DNA from: Dimorphilus gyrociliatus
Lineage: Eukaryota; Animalia; Annelida
NCBI GenBank assembly: GCA_904063045.1
Contig: CAJFCJ010000001.1
Span: forward strand, 1,426,001 to 1,490,000
Length of the DNA: 64,000 nt
Direction: 5' to 3'
Below, in pieces: positions 61,975 through 64,000 of the stretch (the first letter of the stretch is position 1; each line of letters starts with the position of its first letter). Both the position numbers and the translations under genes were made by a program. The notes under the pieces were generated by a model that made no database searches, had not been told where the DNA came from, and saw only the letters and a list, made by a program, of their open reading frames with translations.

Positions 61975-64000
61975 ATGGCAATCTTAATGAAAATTTTGCT
62001 ATCCTTCACTGGGGTTCTGCTTTTTCTTTGCAATCTCAATGTGGCTGGTATAGCGCCGTACGTATATTAATCTATTTTCACTCTCATTAACTTAAAATAT
62101 TCCCGTGAAAGGGACGTATTGTTTCAGACTATTGTAAATAGTTTTTCAATTAACACAAAAAATGACAATAATATGAAATTTAATACGCAATTATATAAAA
62201 AAAAAACACTATTGCATTTTCTTTTTTTTGTACTTGTTTCCTAGGAAATATGTCATCGTTACACCAGAAAAAATTCGACCTGGTCAACCACTTGATATCT
62301 ATTTCGAAATTGAAAATGATGGAGAGAATTTCCCGACTTCGGCAGCAATTGTATTCTCACTTGAGGGAACCAACTATATGGGAAGGGAGAGAAAAGAAAC
62401 TGTAATCTTGTCCAAAAAGTTTGACATGGATATTACAAAACCTAACATTGTCTTTTTGGACATTCCATTCGATATTGACCAAAGCTTTGCCTATTCACTC
62501 AACTTAAAAGCTGATGGGGAAATTCGTTATGGTACTTCGATTGCTAAGTAAGACTAATTCCTTTTCCATAAGAAATTTATTAAATCTTCTTCTTTTCAAG
62601 ATTTAAAAACTCAACAAAAATTAATTTTGACAAGAAGAGTATGTCGATATTTATCCAAACCGATAAATCTATGTATAAACCAGGCCAGATGGGTAATACT
62701 CTTTAAACTATTTCCTGTCTTTCTTACTAATCATTTGTTCTTGAAAAGTTAATTTCAGAGTTATTTCTGTTTATCCCGATTTGAAGCCTTTTGATAAACT
62801 GCTGAATATCGAGATTTTTGTAAGTAACTTAATCATCACTCTATAAAAATCATTTATTTAATACATATTTGATTCTCAAAGGATCCGAGGAATAATAAAA
62901 TTGTACAAAAATTCAACGCTACACAAGAATTCAAAGGCGTTGTAAGTGACAATCTACAATTAAGCGATCAACCTATTGAAGGTACTTGGAAAATCACAGC
63001 TCAATATGGTGTAAGTGTAATAGTCTAAGATTTGGATCACTATGAATAAATCTTTTTTATTTAGACTGAAAAAGTCGAAAAAACCTTTATAGTTGAAGAA
63101 TACGTTTTACCCAAATTCGAAGTGAAAATTAAATCGCCAAGTTACATTGTTTATGATGATAAAAAAAATAAGTTGGCACCAATTACGGAAGATATTCATT
63201 TTACAACTGAAGTTTTGTATGTATATCTGTTTTGGAAAAATATTTTTGCTATCTTATCGTTAATCTTAGGTATACTCATGGTAAACCTGTGGAAGGTTCG
63301 GTCGTCGTTGATATTACGATGTACAAATACTGTTCATACAGATGTCCCAAATACAAAACAATCCAGAAATCTGGCCAAGTGAGTTTTAATTTGAAAGAAA
63401 TACAAAAAAAATGATTAGATTTTTATCACTCGTTTCCTGTTTTAGTTAAACAAACTAACTGGTCGTGCTGATTTTACCTTGTCATCTGAGGATATTTTAT
63501 CCATGACGTCAACAAGAGAAAGATGGAGATGGGAGAAACTAGAAATTCAATTCAATGCGAGAGCCACAGAGACTGTTAGTGGTATTACGTTAAATGGTAC
63601 TGGAAAAACTACCGTACGTTTGGAATCTTTTACAACAGAGTTTTTGAGTTCAACGCCTGAAAACTATAAACTCGGCTTGCTCTACACTGGCTTTGTGAGT
63701 TGTTGATTACTTTTAGTAAGCCTGATCATTTAGTTTTGTTATATTTTAGTGGAAAGTTACCCAAATCGATGGTTCCCCAATTACTGAAGAGCAGTTGAAA
63801 AATGAGAAAGGAGATGATGAAGTTTTATCTGTTGAAATTGGATACATCGTAAGAATAGAATTCGTAATTAGAATCATATAATAATTTTTAAAAATTCTTA
63901 GTGGCAGTATAATAAAACCATCAATGGTCGTATCGTTACTCAAAGGTAAATAAATATATGAAGGAAATACGATAATAATGATTGTTTTTAATTCAATATG
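61975..64000 (+). CDS. Alpha-2-macroglobulin family protein (CD109/TEP-like), 5' part
   Basis: Signal peptide MAILMKILLSFTGVLLFLCNLNVA, then PKYVIVTPEKIRPGQ, SIFIQTDKSMYKPGQ, DPRNNKI...GTWKITAQY and VEEYVLPKFEVKI (MG1-MG3 motifs). The thioester motif is outside the window. Confidence 0.88.

Noticed and set aside
1-64000. tRNA, rRNA, snRNA, CRISPR arrays, telomeric repeats, U12-type introns
   Set aside because: None recognised by eye; GTATCCTC at about 55800 is one base off the U12 donor and has no matching branch site. A covariance-model scan would be needed to exclude small RNAs.

Overview
Compact, AT-rich animal genome segment with very short GT-AG introns (typically about 50-70 nt) and dense genes. 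The style suggests a miniaturised invertebrate genome such as the annelid Dimorphilus, which is inference only. Hand-spliced gene order: SELENOK(-, 3' end outside window), DNAAF1(+), DNAH12(-), IQUB(+), R3-type receptor tyrosine phosphatase(-), RSU1(+), IDI1(-), DCTN2(+), WASF/WAVE(-), SEFIR-like gene(-), SERAC1(+), CDC40(+), DMAC2L/ATP5S(-), SF3B1(+), C2H2 zinc-finger gene(-), about 6 kb of gene-poor DNA with decayed mobile-element fragments, and an alpha-2-macroglobulin/CD109/TEP gene(+, runs off the window). The strongest unexpected signal is in DNAH12: one 141-nt motor-domain exon (AAA5 small subdomain, just after the buttress) is present as three tandem, diverged, intact copies with identical length and phase, i.e. 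a candidate three-way mutually exclusive exon cassette. The same gene has candidate microexons. Other leads are a nearly intronless SF3B1 whose single long intron may hide a poison exon, a contiguous motile-cilia gene trio, a WAVE with two WH2 motifs, a SEFIR protein with no transmembrane helix, an IDI1 with a presequence-like extension, and a TISU-like orphan start codon. All gene models were built by eye; no searches were run.
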